Part shown: positions 39,184 to 52,023 of the stretch, one piece after another | Numbering within the stretch: the stretch's first letter is position 1 | Layout: each line of letters starts with the position of its first letter | Assembly (NCBI RefSeq): GCF_006345805.1 | Contig: NC_043011.1 | Span: 39,444,464 to 39,508,463 of the forward strand | Source: Octopus sinensis | Lineage: Eukaryota | Direction of reading: 5' to 3' | DNA length: 64,000 nucleotides | Made by a program: the position numbers and the translations under genes | Notes under the pieces: generated by a model | What the model was told of the DNA's origin: nothing | The model's input: only the letters and a program-made list of their open reading frames with translations | Databases searched by the model: none

Positions 39184-39406
39184 AAATATTAAAATTACTA
39201 AGTCTCTCTAAAAGAGAACAACGGCAGCGTTCCCGGAAAATATTAGTTATCGCCATACTATTGGCATTCTTATAAAAATAAGAAAAAAGCTGACCGCTTA
39301 TTAGCTCCATGAGGCCATCGCCTTAAGTTAGCTATTTGATACACAAACTGTATCCATATAACCTTTGAACAAGGGAGGTCAGTCGCTCCACACTACTTGG
39401 CCGGCA

Positions 39407-39448
39407 GCTACAGACGCGTTTCGGGGTATTGCCCCTTTTCAATGCAGC
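39407..39448 (-). ncRNA. Minimal type I hammerhead ribozyme motif with U3-A8 core variant
   Basis: Minus strand reads GCTGCA-TTGAAAA-GGGG-CAATA-CCCC-GAAA-CGC-GTC-TGTAGC: 6-bp stem I, 4-bp stem II, palindromic stem III ACGCGT, GTC triplet. Confidence 0.75.
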
Positions 39449-39796
39449 GTAGCCAAACCAGTAGGTGTCGCTTCCGACAATCTCTGTTCAAAGGTTTTAT
39501 TTACCTAGCTTCGGTGGAATACATCCACTTGTTTTCAATAATAGAAATATTAAAATTACTAAGTCTCTCTAAATGTGGTGCTCCAGTATGGCCGCAGTCA
39601 AATGACTGAAACAAGTAAAAGAATAAATGCTAATATAGCATTTTCTACCTTGACTTATTTTCCTTATACATACATACATTTATATGGATACAGTTTGTGT
39701 ATCAAATAGCTAACTTAAGGCGATGGCCTCATGGAGCTAATAAGCGTTCAGCTTTTTTCTTATTTTTATAAGAATGCCATATTAGTATGGCGATAA

Positions 39797-39935
<139 letters not shown>

Positions 39936-40417
39936 AGGCACAGTCGTGGGTGTGTGGTAAGAAGCTTCTCCCCAACTACATCAGGTTGCAGGTTCAATCC
40001 CTTTGCGTCGCAACTTGTGCAAGTGTCTTCTGCTAGAGTCTTGGCCCGACGAAAGCCTTGTGAGTAGATTTGGCAGACGGAAACTGAAAGAAGCCTGTCG
40101 TATACATATATATGTACAAGTTAGTATGTGTGTGTATTTGTGTTTCTTCTTCACCCCACCATCGCATGACAACTTAGCGATTCGGCAAAAGAGACAAACA
40201 GAATAAGTGCAAGGTTTACAAAGGACAAGTCCTGGGGTCGATTTCTTCGACAAACACCCTCTATGGTGGTGCTCCAGCACGGTCGCAGTCAAATAACTGA
40301 ATGAGGGAGAATGTGCATGTCTGAAGTAAAGTGTAAAGAATTATCCTAAATTTTGAATGCCCCTTTTTCTCAATATTTGTGTGTGAGTATATATATATGT
40401 GTGTGTGTGTGTACGTG

Positions 40418-40472
<55 letters not shown>

Positions 40473-40599
40473 ATATATATATATTATATATATATTTGTA
40501 TGATGTATGTATGTATGTATGTATATACATATACATATATACAATATATAAATAAATGAAAGAATGGAGTCGAACGAAGATGTTAACAAAATTCCTTTA

Positions 40600-40681
40600 C
40601 TCTCGACACATGTTTCGAAGACAGCATATTTTCATTCCAAATGAATAGAGGGTGCATTATGCAATCTTCTCATCAGGAAAG
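40600..40681 (-). ncRNA. Type I hammerhead ribozyme motif, sister copy of the 28952 motif
   Basis: Minus strand reads CTTTC-CTGATGA-GAAGA...TCTTC-GAAA-CATGT-GTC-GAGAG. Its downstream flank (gagagtaaaggaattttgttaa...ctccattctttcatttattt) is nearly identical to 29030-29083. Confidence 0.8.
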
Positions 40682-40821
40682 AAAGAGAGCCTCTCTCGAC
40701 AACAAGACAAACAAAAATGTCGATGACGATAAACATAGGATAATTCATTCACCTACTTAAATATTCTTATATCCATATAATATATACATATACTATATAT
40801 ATACATATATATATATATATT

Positions 40822-40877
<56 letters not shown>

Positions 40878-40895
40878 CATATACATATATGTATA

Positions 40896-42057
40896 TCTTT
40901 ATATATATAAAACTGAGAATGTCTGTCTGTCTGTCTGTCTGTCTGTGTGTTTTTCCTAAAACTTGAGAACTACACAACCAATTTCATTCAAATTTTACAC
41001 ATGCCTTACTTAGGGTCCGGGGAGTGTCGTCGGCAAAATTTTTTTAACTTTTTGCCTAGGGCGAGCCCACAGCAATATCATATCTTCTCCACTACGATTC
41101 CCTAAAACTTGAGAACTACACAACCAATTTCATTCAAATTTTACACATGCCTTACTTAGGGTCCATGTAGTTTCATGGGCAAAAAAATGTTCAACTTCTT
41201 GCCTAGAGCGAGACCATAGCAATATCATATCTTCTCCACTATTTTAGTATTACGTGTTAAAAGTGAAACAAAAACATTTCTCTATTTTATGTCAGATACT
41301 TTCACTTTAACAATAAAAATAATAATAACAATTGAATTATATGTAGTAAGTTATAATTAAAATCAAACTAAAGTAACATAAAAAAAAGTAAAAATAGCAA
41401 TTGGTATAAAATTGCATCAATGACTTGAACTTGAATAAGTGGTTTCACATGAATGGGAATAAATTAAAAATAAAATTAGCATGCAGAAATGGAATAGTCC
41501 AGATGGATAATAAAAAATTAAATTGAAGAAAAGACTATTGTCTATAAAGTATACAATGTAGAGAAAAAAGAAGATTTGAACACATGGAGGAAAGCACCTT
41601 CGAAAAGTGTCTTGGTGCAACTATGAAAGGTAAATTCGCCACAATAGAAGCAAGGTTCGAGTCAACGGAGCATGCAAGGGAGTACTCGACTCGAACTTGC
41701 AAAGTGGAAATATTTTATTTTTTACCTTTATATCTAGGACATAGGACGTCCCGGAAAAAAATTTTTAATGCCCCCCCCCCCCCCCGAAGTAGAGGTAGGC
41801 TGGATTGTAGCCACACTTATATACAAGAGGGAGGACAAGATACAATTGATCGAAATTACAAGAGACGGGCTAACAATTCCAGTCTGTTATATATTTTGAG
41901 TATTGTTATCACTCGCGATATCAAGATATAACTTTGTATTTTGTATTTTATGTGTAGATGTATATATATAGATGTACATGTAATATGTACACATATATAT
42001 ACACAAATATACATGCACTAGCACTATGACCCGGCAACGACGGGTCGTTAATGCTAA
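40896..42057 (+). mobile_element. Non-autonomous Helitron with an internal ~140-bp direct duplication
   Basis: 5' TC start followed by (TA)n-aaaa and (GTCT)n. 3' hairpin gacccg/cgggtc at 42028-42046, then CTAA (CTAG-like). cctaaaacttgagaactacacaacc... occurs twice (~40955, ~41100). Confidence 0.7.
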
Positions 42058-43099
42058 TATATATATATATATATATTGTTATGACCCCCTTCGGTCATGA
42101 ATGACCATGGGATTGCACCTAGAAAGTTACCCTCCGAGGCATAAGTCTGGACAAGGTTGCTTATGGAAGACCAGCAGTTGCCTGCGCCATGCCACCGATG
42201 TTATCCAAGGGAAAGGCAAAGGCCAAGACAGCTTGGCACAAGTGACGTTGCAGCTCATTTATTAACGTGCAAGTGGCTGAGCACTCCACAGACACGTGTA
42301 CCTTTAACTAGTTCTTGGAGAGATTGAGCGTGACACAGAGTGTGACAAGGCTGGCCCATTGAAATACAGATACAACAGAAACAGGAAGAAAGAATGAGTG
42401 AAAGAGTACAGAAGGTTTCACCTACCCACCCCCTGCGGAGCCTCGTGGAGCTTAAGGTGTTTTCGATCAATAAACACTCACAATGTCCGTTCTGGGAATT
42501 GAAACCGCGATCCTACGACCACGAGTCCGCTGCCCTAACCACTGGGTCATTGCGCCTCCACACACACACACACACGCATATATATCTTGAGCAAGACACT
42601 TTATATCGTGTGTGTGTGAAGATTATGAATCGACTTGTGGGGAAAGGAATTAGCAAGGAGGGTTAATTGTGATTGACATTCCTTGCCAGACCCATTCAAA
42701 GCATATTATAATAGTTAATGTAGGGTACGGTCGGAAGTATTATTGTGATTGACGGAATAACATTTAGAAATATGAAAAAAAAAACAATTTTATCGAATAA
42801 GTCAGGATAAATATACAAAAATAATATAATTATTGAAAATTATAAAAATTTGATAGAGAATGTAAGATAAGTTATGAAATTATTGATCGTATATTGGAAA
42901 ATAAGTAGGAAAATACAAAATATTGGTATGCTCAGTTAAACAAATTTAAGAGTTGAAAGAAAAAAAGAGGTGTTAAAAAATTGAGGGCGTGCAAATTTTT
43001 TAAAATAATGCTCAAACTTATAATTAACAAAAAAAAATGGGAGCTTAAGAAGCAGAAGAATGATAATATCCAATACTTCGCTGTAGTGCAACTCAATGT

Positions 43100-43700
43100 G
43101 GTGTTGCAGAATGTGATTTCTCTGTTGTGTTGATGGTGATCAAAATACTGGAATGTACTTTATGAAGTGTGGGCAGTGTTGAATATCTCATTCTTAGTAT
43201 TCAAGCAAATCCTTGCTTTTCGGAAGCTCTTTAGTGTAAAGCTTCTTTAGTGTAAAGCTCATACATCTCCTACAATTTGTGTAGAGTCTGCATCTTTTCA
43301 CGATCCTCCAGGTGATACAGTAGTCAGCAGTTTATTTTAAAATCTCATAATAATTTGAAGATTTCACTGTACAGCACTTGCTTAAATTTTTGAACGCAGA
43401 GTGTAAATATTAAGTCTTGCCTTGAATTCTCTTTCGGTCATGTCAGTATAATGTTTTTGGTTGCCGCTGTGGTCTGGTTTCGTTACTTTGATTTCTGTTT
43501 CACATATGATAACCTTTGTTTGCAGGATTCATTGAATGGACACGTACTTTTGTTTCTATGTAAGAAACTGACCTCACTAGGTGGTGTACTTTTAAGTAAA
43601 GCTATTTGTTTTGCGTGAAGCGTTGACCTAAAACTAATCTTAAAGTTATACTTGTTACTGAAGTATTTAGTGTATCTAAGAACTTTAAATCTCTCTTCAA
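43100..43700 (-). pseudogene. Decayed Penelope-like GIY-YIG endonuclease
   Basis: Frameshifted minus-strand peptides RNKSTCPFNESC, KHYTDMTEREFKARLN, DYCITWRIVKRCRLYTNCRRC and LNTKNEIFNT occur in the order expected for the Cys-linker + GIY-YIG of Neptune-type elements. Confidence 0.75.
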
Positions 43701-43951
43701 TTCAATTAACCGATATATTATGTACTTTGGAAAATTTTATGTTCTGTACATATGGGAAATTTTCTCACCATGCAGTTCGTTCAAAACAGAAGGAAAACCC
43801 AATTCGTTCTCACGTTTAATTATGTCTGACGATTTTGAGATTACTGGTTGCAAAGATTTAATTCATTTCCATACGTATTTTTACAGTAGTTTATCTGACA
43901 CTAACAATACGTTTTGAATGATTCAGTATGTTGTATCTGTCTGTATACACA

Positions 43952-43998
<47 letters not shown>

Positions 43999-44959
43999 TA
44001 TGTATGTATTGTGCAAAAGTAACGAAAAACACAACACAAACATGACGTTTGAAAATAGGGAAGAAAGACGGTAAGTTCGCTAACGTTTCGTGTATTCACT
44101 CTTCTTCCGAAATATAGAATAGACACGGAGAAAATAGATGGGGAAAAACTGGAGGGATTGAAACGTGCGTGTACACACCTAAACACGCGCGCGCACACAT
44201 GCAAGAATGCTAGTGCAATGTATGTGTGTGTGTAACTTATTGCCTGTATGTCGACCTTGAAATGACACCAGATAACGAAGACCTGCAAGTTAATATGAGT
44301 ATTATATTCAGCATCTACGACCACACACACACAGACACGTACACACAGACATACACGCACACACAGACGTACACATGCACGCACACACGCACAGACAGAC
44401 TCACACACACACACATATATATAAAGGATTGGTGAACGCTTGTTTCTGCAAATGATGAAAAAACACTTAATATATGAAATAGTTGTAAATAAATATTTCA
44501 TTAGAATTGTGGCTTCTTGAGTCGTTACTTTGACTTTCATGTTACCGATTATTCGAACGCCTGAAAAAGGGAAGCATAAAGATAATAAATTTCAAAAACA
44601 CATCGAAATTTGATCTGTTGCTATAAACAAAAAATTAGAAAATATATCGCACATTTATCTATTCAGATATTACACGTTTAACATGTGATAAATCCAGGCC
44701 TTCACTCAAATAATGCACGTAATATTTTCATATGTCTTCATATGTGCAACACACAACAAAACACGGAAGACGGTTGTTGTTTATATAGCTTTGGTGTCGA
44801 TGAAAAAGAATACTTTTTGTTACATTTCAATCTATGATCATTTTTCAGCACATGGAATATTCATTATATAGTAAAAATATTATTTAACCATTTAGTATTG
44901 GAAATTCCTTAGTAAATATCGATGGAAGCCTCTGCAAGAATTCGTCAGTTTCAATCATC

Positions 44960-45240
44960 TTTTCATAATTTCGAAAGACAAGATCACACTTTGTTGAGAA
45001 ATTCAGGCAGTGGGGCATATGTAGACCACTCGGTTTTATAATTGTTAATGTTATCTTTTAAATGCCAATATATTTAGATAGTTTGTGAGGCATTTTCCTA
45101 AACACCTAAATGCATTAATATGACGGGAGCATCTTGTTTTGAAAGTATTTGCAGTAAGCCCTGTATTTTTTGTTTCATCTCTAATTACAAGAGAGATCTT
45201 AATTCGATTAATTAATGTTTTAGTAAGATGCATGCCGGAA
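44960..45240 (-). pseudogene. Another decayed Penelope-like GIY-YIG fragment
   Basis: ORF 45051-45233 contains TGLTANTFKTRCSRHINAFR. Further downstream are a YKTEWS piece and a frameshifted KxCDLCL-like piece. Confidence 0.65.
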
Positions 45241-46119
45241 TACCTCTGGTTTTGCTTGATCAGAGATGTCCAGGAGCCATATATTTATAATATGTATTTT
45301 ATAGTCCCAAGGAGAATAAAAAATAAAATCGTTCTCTTCGCGGTTATAAAGTGAAACGTAAAATAATGCAAAGTAAATGAATTTTCGTGAGGTATTTTGA
45401 AAGACCAGAAGGTTAAATCAGAAACTAGTAGGTTATATACCCCGGCTATCAGAACAGCGCCATTCTAAAACAGCTTCAAATGGATAACCAAAAACTACAT
45501 GGCGAAGAGCATTCATAACCAACATGAGAGAGGTCAGTATCACATGACCGGATGTTGAGAAAATCACAGCTAACAGAAACCAGTGGCGTTAACTTGTTGC
45601 CCAATGTGGTGGAAACCACAGGAGGAACTGAGACTGATTTTGTTAGACGAACACGGGAGCGATTAGCATACAAGAATCAGTAGAGTGACGGGTAAAATGC
45701 CTTTTGGTATTGAATTATTTCCCTTTGTATTATCACAAAATGTACCAAATTCGGTCAACAACATCCACTGATATTACAAGCAATATCTACCTGTATAGAT
45801 GCGAGCGTGGCTGTGTGGTAGGAAGTTAGCTTCCTATCCACATTCTCTCGGATACAATCCTATTGAGTGGTGACTTGGGCACGTGTCTTCTGCTATAACC
45901 TCGTGGCAACCAAAGCTGTGTGAGTGGATTTGGAAGATGGACACTGAAAGAAGCCCATCGTGTGTGTGTGTGTGAGTGTGTGTGTGACTTTCTATCTGTG
46001 TTTGTCCTTCACCACTGCTTAACAACCGGTGTTGGCGTGTTTACCATTAGCAGTTCAGCAAAAGGGGCCCGCAAAATAAGTATCAGACTTAAGAAAACAA
46101 CAACAACAACAACAACAAC

Positions 46120-46162
<43 letters not shown>

Positions 46163-46175
46163 CAACAACAACAAT

Positions 46176-46540
46176 AACACTCAGAAAGCGCAAACCTCCG
46201 TCAAGGCAACAGCAACGTCCTCTGTACGATAAGCCGGGAGATGATTTTTAAAATGAGAATATCTGAAATAAACGTGAATGCTCTCATAAACGAGAATACT
46301 AAAAAATGAACCCGACTGATCTCGAAAATTAATGTAAAAGAAAAACAGGAAAAATAATCCAGAATCCTCGTCCGGTACCAGCAGATCGATCACAAATCTA
46401 ATCAGCTCGTACCAATCACGAGGTCAAACATATCTGAAAGTTTCATCCGACTCCATCCAGCGGTTCTTGAGATATCTTGTCCATGGACAAACAAACTTGA
46501 CTGCAAACAATACCTCCACCTTCGCTAAGGCGGAGGTAAT
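46176..46540 (+). mobile_element. Helentron/HINE-like non-autonomous element
   Basis: 3' hairpin tacctcc-a-cctt-cgct-aagg-c-ggaggta (46511-46538) and a 5' subterminal acctccgtcaagg complementary to it. Flanked by AAC/AAT tracts. Confidence 0.5.
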
Positions 46541-46576
<36 letters not shown>

Positions 46577-47022
46577 AATAATAATAATAATAATAAGGCT
46601 GTGTAGTAAGTAGCTTGCTTACAAACCACATGGTTCCGGGTTCCGTCCCACTAGATGGCACCTTGGGCAAGTGTCTTCTATAGCCTCGGGCCGACCAAAG
46701 CCTTGTGAGTGGATTTGGTAGACGGAAACTGAAAGAAGCCCGTCGTATATATGTGTATATATATATGTATGTGTGTATGTGTTTGGTCTCCCCAACATCG
46801 CTTGACAGCCGATGCTGGTGTGTTTACGTCCCCGTAACTTAGCAGTTCAGCAAAAGGGGCCGATAGAATAGGTACTAGGCTTCCAAAGAATAAGTCCTGG
46901 GGTCGATTTGCTCGACTAAAGGCGATGCTCCAGCATGGCCACAATCAAATGACTGAACCAAGTAAAAGAGGAAAAGAGTAATAATGATAATAATAATAAT
47001 GATTATAATAATAATAATAGTA

Positions 47023-47077
<55 letters not shown>

Positions 47078-47080
<3 letters not shown>

Positions 47081-47292
47081 TATTCAGACAAATACATAAC
47101 AAAAACACCAGGACTTACAAACACATATAACATACAGAAAATTGCACTACTAGGCACTGCACACATCCTACGCAGAACACTTTCCATACAATAACCATCA
47201 GAGCATCACAACAAATCACAGCACATACCCAAAGCACACAGAGCTGCGCTCGGTAGTGAAGTGAAAGCACGCTATAAAAAATATACTACTGA
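47078..47292 (+). mobile_element. 5'-truncated Dong/R4-like non-LTR retrotransposon 3' end in (TAA)n
   Basis: 47078-47194 reads KYSDKYITKTPGLTNTYNIQKIALLGTAHILRRTLSIQ*, followed by a short 3' UTR. (TAA)n on both sides. Confidence 0.75.
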
Positions 47293-47298
47293 ATAATG

Positions 47299-47339
<41 letters not shown>

Positions 47340-47868
47340 GATGATGATCATGATGATGATGATGATGATGATGATGATAAGTACTGGTTTCGAGTCATTC
47401 GACTAAAAATTCTTTCAAGTGATGCCCCATCATGGCCACAGTCTAATGACTGAAACAAGTGAAAGATAAAAGATAAAAAATATACGCCATTGTTATTTAC
47501 CTGTGTCATTCATCAATGTCAAAGCCAGTATACGAGAAAAAGAAGAGCATATCCCCGAAGGGTGTCTGCGAAGAATCTTTTGAAGTTCACACGCTGCAAA
47601 AAGAATCACTGATGAATATTGCCAACGAAAGACAGCTTCTCAGCTATTAGCAGACATCGTCGAGCAGTGCTGACTCTGCTTTGTAGGTCATTTATTGATC
47701 ACGCCAGATGAACCAGAAGTGAAAAAATATAGGTTTCGAAATTTGGCACGAGGCCAGCAACGGCGGAATTTGAACTCAAAAATGTAATGACACACGAAAC
47801 GCCTCTTAAACATCTTGCTCGGCGTGTTAACGAATCTGTCAGCTCACTACCTTGAAAATAAATAAATA

Positions 47869-47950
<82 letters not shown>

Positions 47951-47953
<3 letters not shown>

Positions 47954-48409
47954 GATGGGCTACAGCAAATATTCTGCTCAATACCACAGATTTGCTTGTC
48001 AGTTGTTTGACCTTAACCAGTTGAGCATGTCCCTTAGTGGCTGACGATATGTGCATCTCTGATCACGAGCAGAAGTGGTGGGGGAGCATCATAGCCATGT
48101 GTTGAGAGGGATTGTTTGGGGTTTGAATAATTCACCTCTGGAAACATGGGGTTCTTTCAACATCCTAAAACAACCCTTATTCAGGGACCTTTTGAGCGGG
48201 ATGGGCTATCAACCTGAAGAAAATTCTAACTGGGCCCTACCTGAAAAGTCATGTGCTGTTTATCTGATATGCAATCACCATGTCGCGCACATATGGTGTG
48301 ATGCATGTGCCTGGTGTACCCTTATCAGACGGGTAGTCATGATGGGTATACTGGGCTTCGTATATTTTACCCCAGTGTCACTTTGATGGCATGAACTGCT
48401 CTCTCACTC

Positions 48410-48410
<1 letters not shown>
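47951..48410 (+). mobile_element. Non-coding retroelement 3' segment embedded in (TAA)n. Other copies at 48561-49108, 59680-59930 and 60645-60895
   Basis: Four copies with the same 3' end (...ctctctcact[c/g]aataat) and variable 5' truncation, always within TAA tracts. Confidence 0.75.
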
Positions 48411-48474
<64 letters not shown>

Positions 48475-48505
48475 TAACAGCAACAATAACAATAATAATA
48501 ATAAC

Positions 48506-48557
<52 letters not shown>

Positions 48558-49108
48558 TAATTCCCGGATGCAGTACCAGGCAGTGGCTCTCATGGCTTCT
48601 GATCTTAGCTGAGTGGAAGTGTTATCATGTACATTGTTTTGTCTTGGTATAAAAGATGGGCTACAGCAAATATTCTGCTCAATACCACAGATTTGCTTGT
48701 CAGTTGTTTGACCTTAACCAGTTGAGCATGACCCTTAATTGCTGACGATATGTGCATCTCTGATCACGAGCAGAAGTAGTGGGGGAGCATCATAGCCATG
48801 TGTTGAGAGGGATTCTTTGGGGTTTGAATAATTCACCTCTGGAAACATGTTCAACATCCTTAGACAACCTTTATTCAGGGACCTTTTGAGCAGGATGGGT
48901 TACCCAACCAGAAGAATATTCTAACTGGGCCCCACCCGCAAGGTCATGCGCTGTTTATCTTGATATGAGATCACCATGACGCGTACATTTGGTTGTGATG
49001 CGTGTACCTGGTGTACCCTTATCAGACGGGTAGTCATGATGGGTATACTGGGCTTCGTATATTTTACCCCAGTGTCACTTTGATGGCATGAACTACTCTC
49101 TCACTCAC

Positions 49109-49141
<33 letters not shown>

Positions 49142-49149
49142 CAACAACA

Positions 49150-49206
<57 letters not shown>

Positions 49207-50417
49207 GTAATAATAATAATAATAATAATGATACTCCTTTCCACTGGAAGCATAAGGTTTCAAATTTGGTGGAAGGGATTAAGTTGATTGCATCGGTCCC
49301 AGGGCGTAACTGGTACTTATTAGGCAGATATAAAGAAAGCACTCAGTTCTAAACGAATTTTGTTAATTATATTAAACAGTCAAATTCCTATACTCGTACA
49401 ACTAGAATGCACATCCAAAGTCATTTCTCATGTACGACAGAAACAATTGCCGGCTTTGTAAGGAGAATTCTACAATTAAAGATGTGATTTGCTCTATCTG
49501 TAATTTTGTTATATATGGTGCTCCTGCATGGCCACAGTAATTGGACTGAAACATAAAAGAATAAAAGAATTTAAAAATATTCTTTTATTCTTTTATTATT
49601 TTATTTGTTTTAGTCATTTGACTGCGGCCATGCTGGAGCACCACCTTTAGGTAAAACAAATCGACCCCAGGACTCTGTAATCCTAGTGCTTATTTTATCG
49701 GTCTCTTTTACTGAACCGCAAAGTTACGGGGACGGAAACACCAATATCAGTTGTCAGGCGATGGCGGGGGAGACAAACACAGACACACAAATACACACAC
49801 ACACACACACGCACACACACACAACACACACACACACACATACACGACGGGCTTCTTTCAGCTTCCGTCGACCAAATCCACTCACAAGGCTTTGACCAGT
49901 CCGAGGCTATAGTAGAAGGTACTTGCCCAAGGTTCCAAGCAGTGAGACTGAACCCGGAACCATGTGGTTGGGAAGTAAACTTCTTTCTTTATGGCCTACT
50001 AGGGGCTAAACATAGTAGGGACAAACAAAGACAGACAAACGGATTAAGTCGATTACATCGACCCCAGTGCGTAGCTGGTACTCAATTTATCCACCCCGAA
50101 GAGATGAGAGGCAAAGTCGTCCTCGGCGGAATTTGAACTCAGAACGTAACGGCAAAGGAAATACTTATTTCTTTACTACCCACAAGGGGCTAACACAGAG
50201 AGGACAAACAAGGACAAGACAACAACAGATTAAGTCGATTATATCGACCCCAGGCGTAACTGGTACTTATTTATCGATCCGAAAGATGAATGAAAGGCAA
50301 ATTGAACTCAGAACGTAACGGCAAAGGAAATACTGCTACGCATTTCGCCCGGCGTGCTAATGTTTCTGCCAGCTCGCCGCCTTAAGCTTCTTTCCATTAA
50401 GCGACTCCCACGCCTAT

Positions 50418-50460
<43 letters not shown>

Positions 50461-50865
50461 CATCATCATCATCATCAGTTTTTAACGTCCATTTCCCATG
50501 CTGGCATGGGTTGGACGGTTTGAGTGAAAACTGGTAAGCCGAGGAGCTGCACCAGGGTTCCAATCTGATTTGGCATCTTTCGGTTTCCGTCGACCAAATC
50601 CACTCAACAAGGTTTTGATCGGCCAGAGCCCATTGTAGAAGACACTTACTTGCCCAAGGTACCACGCAGTCGGACTGAACTCGGAACCATGTATTTGGGA
50701 AGCAAACTTACTTCCTACCACACAACCATGTCTGCGCCTGTTCTTAAATCAGAAATCGTTATTTAGCGACTGACGCGTCGCTAAATATTTGTTATTTGGA
50801 TTCGATTTATTTTCGCTTTTCCCGACAATTTATGTCTGATAACTCCCTTTGAAGCTGTCCTTTCT

Positions 50866-50903
<38 letters not shown>

Positions 50904-51317
50904 AGAACCTCTGGGAATAAAAGAATAATTACTTTCTACTTGTTTGTTTGCTTTAACCACTGGAATATGAAGAAGAAGAAGAAAAAGACATAGCAAACGA
51001 GAGGCGTAAACCAAACTATAAAATGAAACTGAAAGTTTAAATTTTTGTGGCAATTACTCGGCTTTTTATCGAGGGATTTTGTTAGTGTGTTTATTGTAGC
51101 CGTTTTTGTTGTTATTCTTCTTTCTTCTTCCAGTTTTCAAAGAGTTAAGACTTTTTTTGTGACTATGTTACACAACGTGAGTTTTTTTATTTTATTTTAT
51201 TTATTCGTCTTTTTTTTTTTTTTTTTTTTTTTTGACGTTCGGTTACTTTAAAGGTTACGAGTTCAATTTCTGGTGTTGCTCATAGCAACTAACTGACCCC
51301 AACGCTTTCTTTTCATT

Positions 51318-51417
51318 NNNNNNNNNNNNNNNNNNNNNNNNNNNNNNNNNNNNNNNNNNNNNNNNNNNNNNNNNNNNNNNNNNNNNNNNNNNNNNNNNNN
51401 NNNNNNNNNNNNNNNNN
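51318..51417. other. Assembly gap (100 N)
   Basis: Run of exactly 100 N; true size and adjacency are unknown. Confidence 0.99.
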
Positions 51418-51603
51418 CGAATAACTTTTGTTTTGCATTTTATTTTGATGAATGATTTTTTTCCCATTGTTTATAGGTTGATAGATACACATGTAGACAT
51501 AGACATGGTTCAGTGGTTAAGAATTTCACTTTGGTACCATGTGCTTGCAGGTTCAATCCACAGTGCAAACTTCTCACCACATAGCCATGCCTGTGCATAT
51601 ATA

Positions 51604-51987
51604 CAAGGGTGTGCTGAAGAGTCCCCGGCTTTGGGTAAAAGAAAATACAGAAAGATCAGTTAGTTATGTAAAAGAACTCAGAAAGCTGGGGCCTCCAACC
51701 AGGCTTTTTGTGATACCCTTAACCCATATATACCCCTGGTTGTGTTTTCTCAAAGCAAAACTTGCTCCTCCTCATTTGGACATGAACTCACCGGGAAGCA
51801 TCTGACCAAGCATATGAAATGTTCAGCAGGTAGTCAACACTTGTAGCTAACAGTTGCATACTGTCCTTCTCTTCCAGATTGTGAAAGCTTACCATAACAT
51901 TTAATCTGAATACAGAGAAATTTTAAGACTTCATTTTTTTTATGGGTATATATGGGTTAAAGCCAAGAACTTTTCAGCACTTCCTCA
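51604..51987. mobile_element. Mariner-type MITE
   Basis: TA-flanked imperfect TIRs caagggtgtgctgaagagtccccggcttt / aaagccaagaacttttcagcacttcctca. Confidence 0.6.
51792..51905 (-). CDS. Candidate internal exon (LNVMVSFHNLEEKDSMQLLATSVDYLLNISYAWSDAS)
   Basis: Acceptor ctctgtattcAG, donor CG|GTGAGT. 114 bp, open in phase 2->2; no homology recognised. Confidence 0.5.
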
Positions 51988-52023
51988 TACATATATACCA
52001 TCATCATCATCATCATCATCACA

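Noticed and set aside
47516-47650. 44-aa ORF MSKPVYEKKK...LLSY* and a minus-strand donor-like site
   Set aside because: Short, no homology recognised, and no acceptor giving an open exon.
48561-48600. tgcagtacc similarity to the U2 snRNA 3' end
   Set aside because: Only ~9 bp match, within chance expectation.
51045-51251. Hydrophobic signal-anchor-like ORF
   Set aside because: Starts at TTG, and its hydrophobicity comes from T-rich sequence. Only the terminal ATG/donor was kept as a weak candidate.
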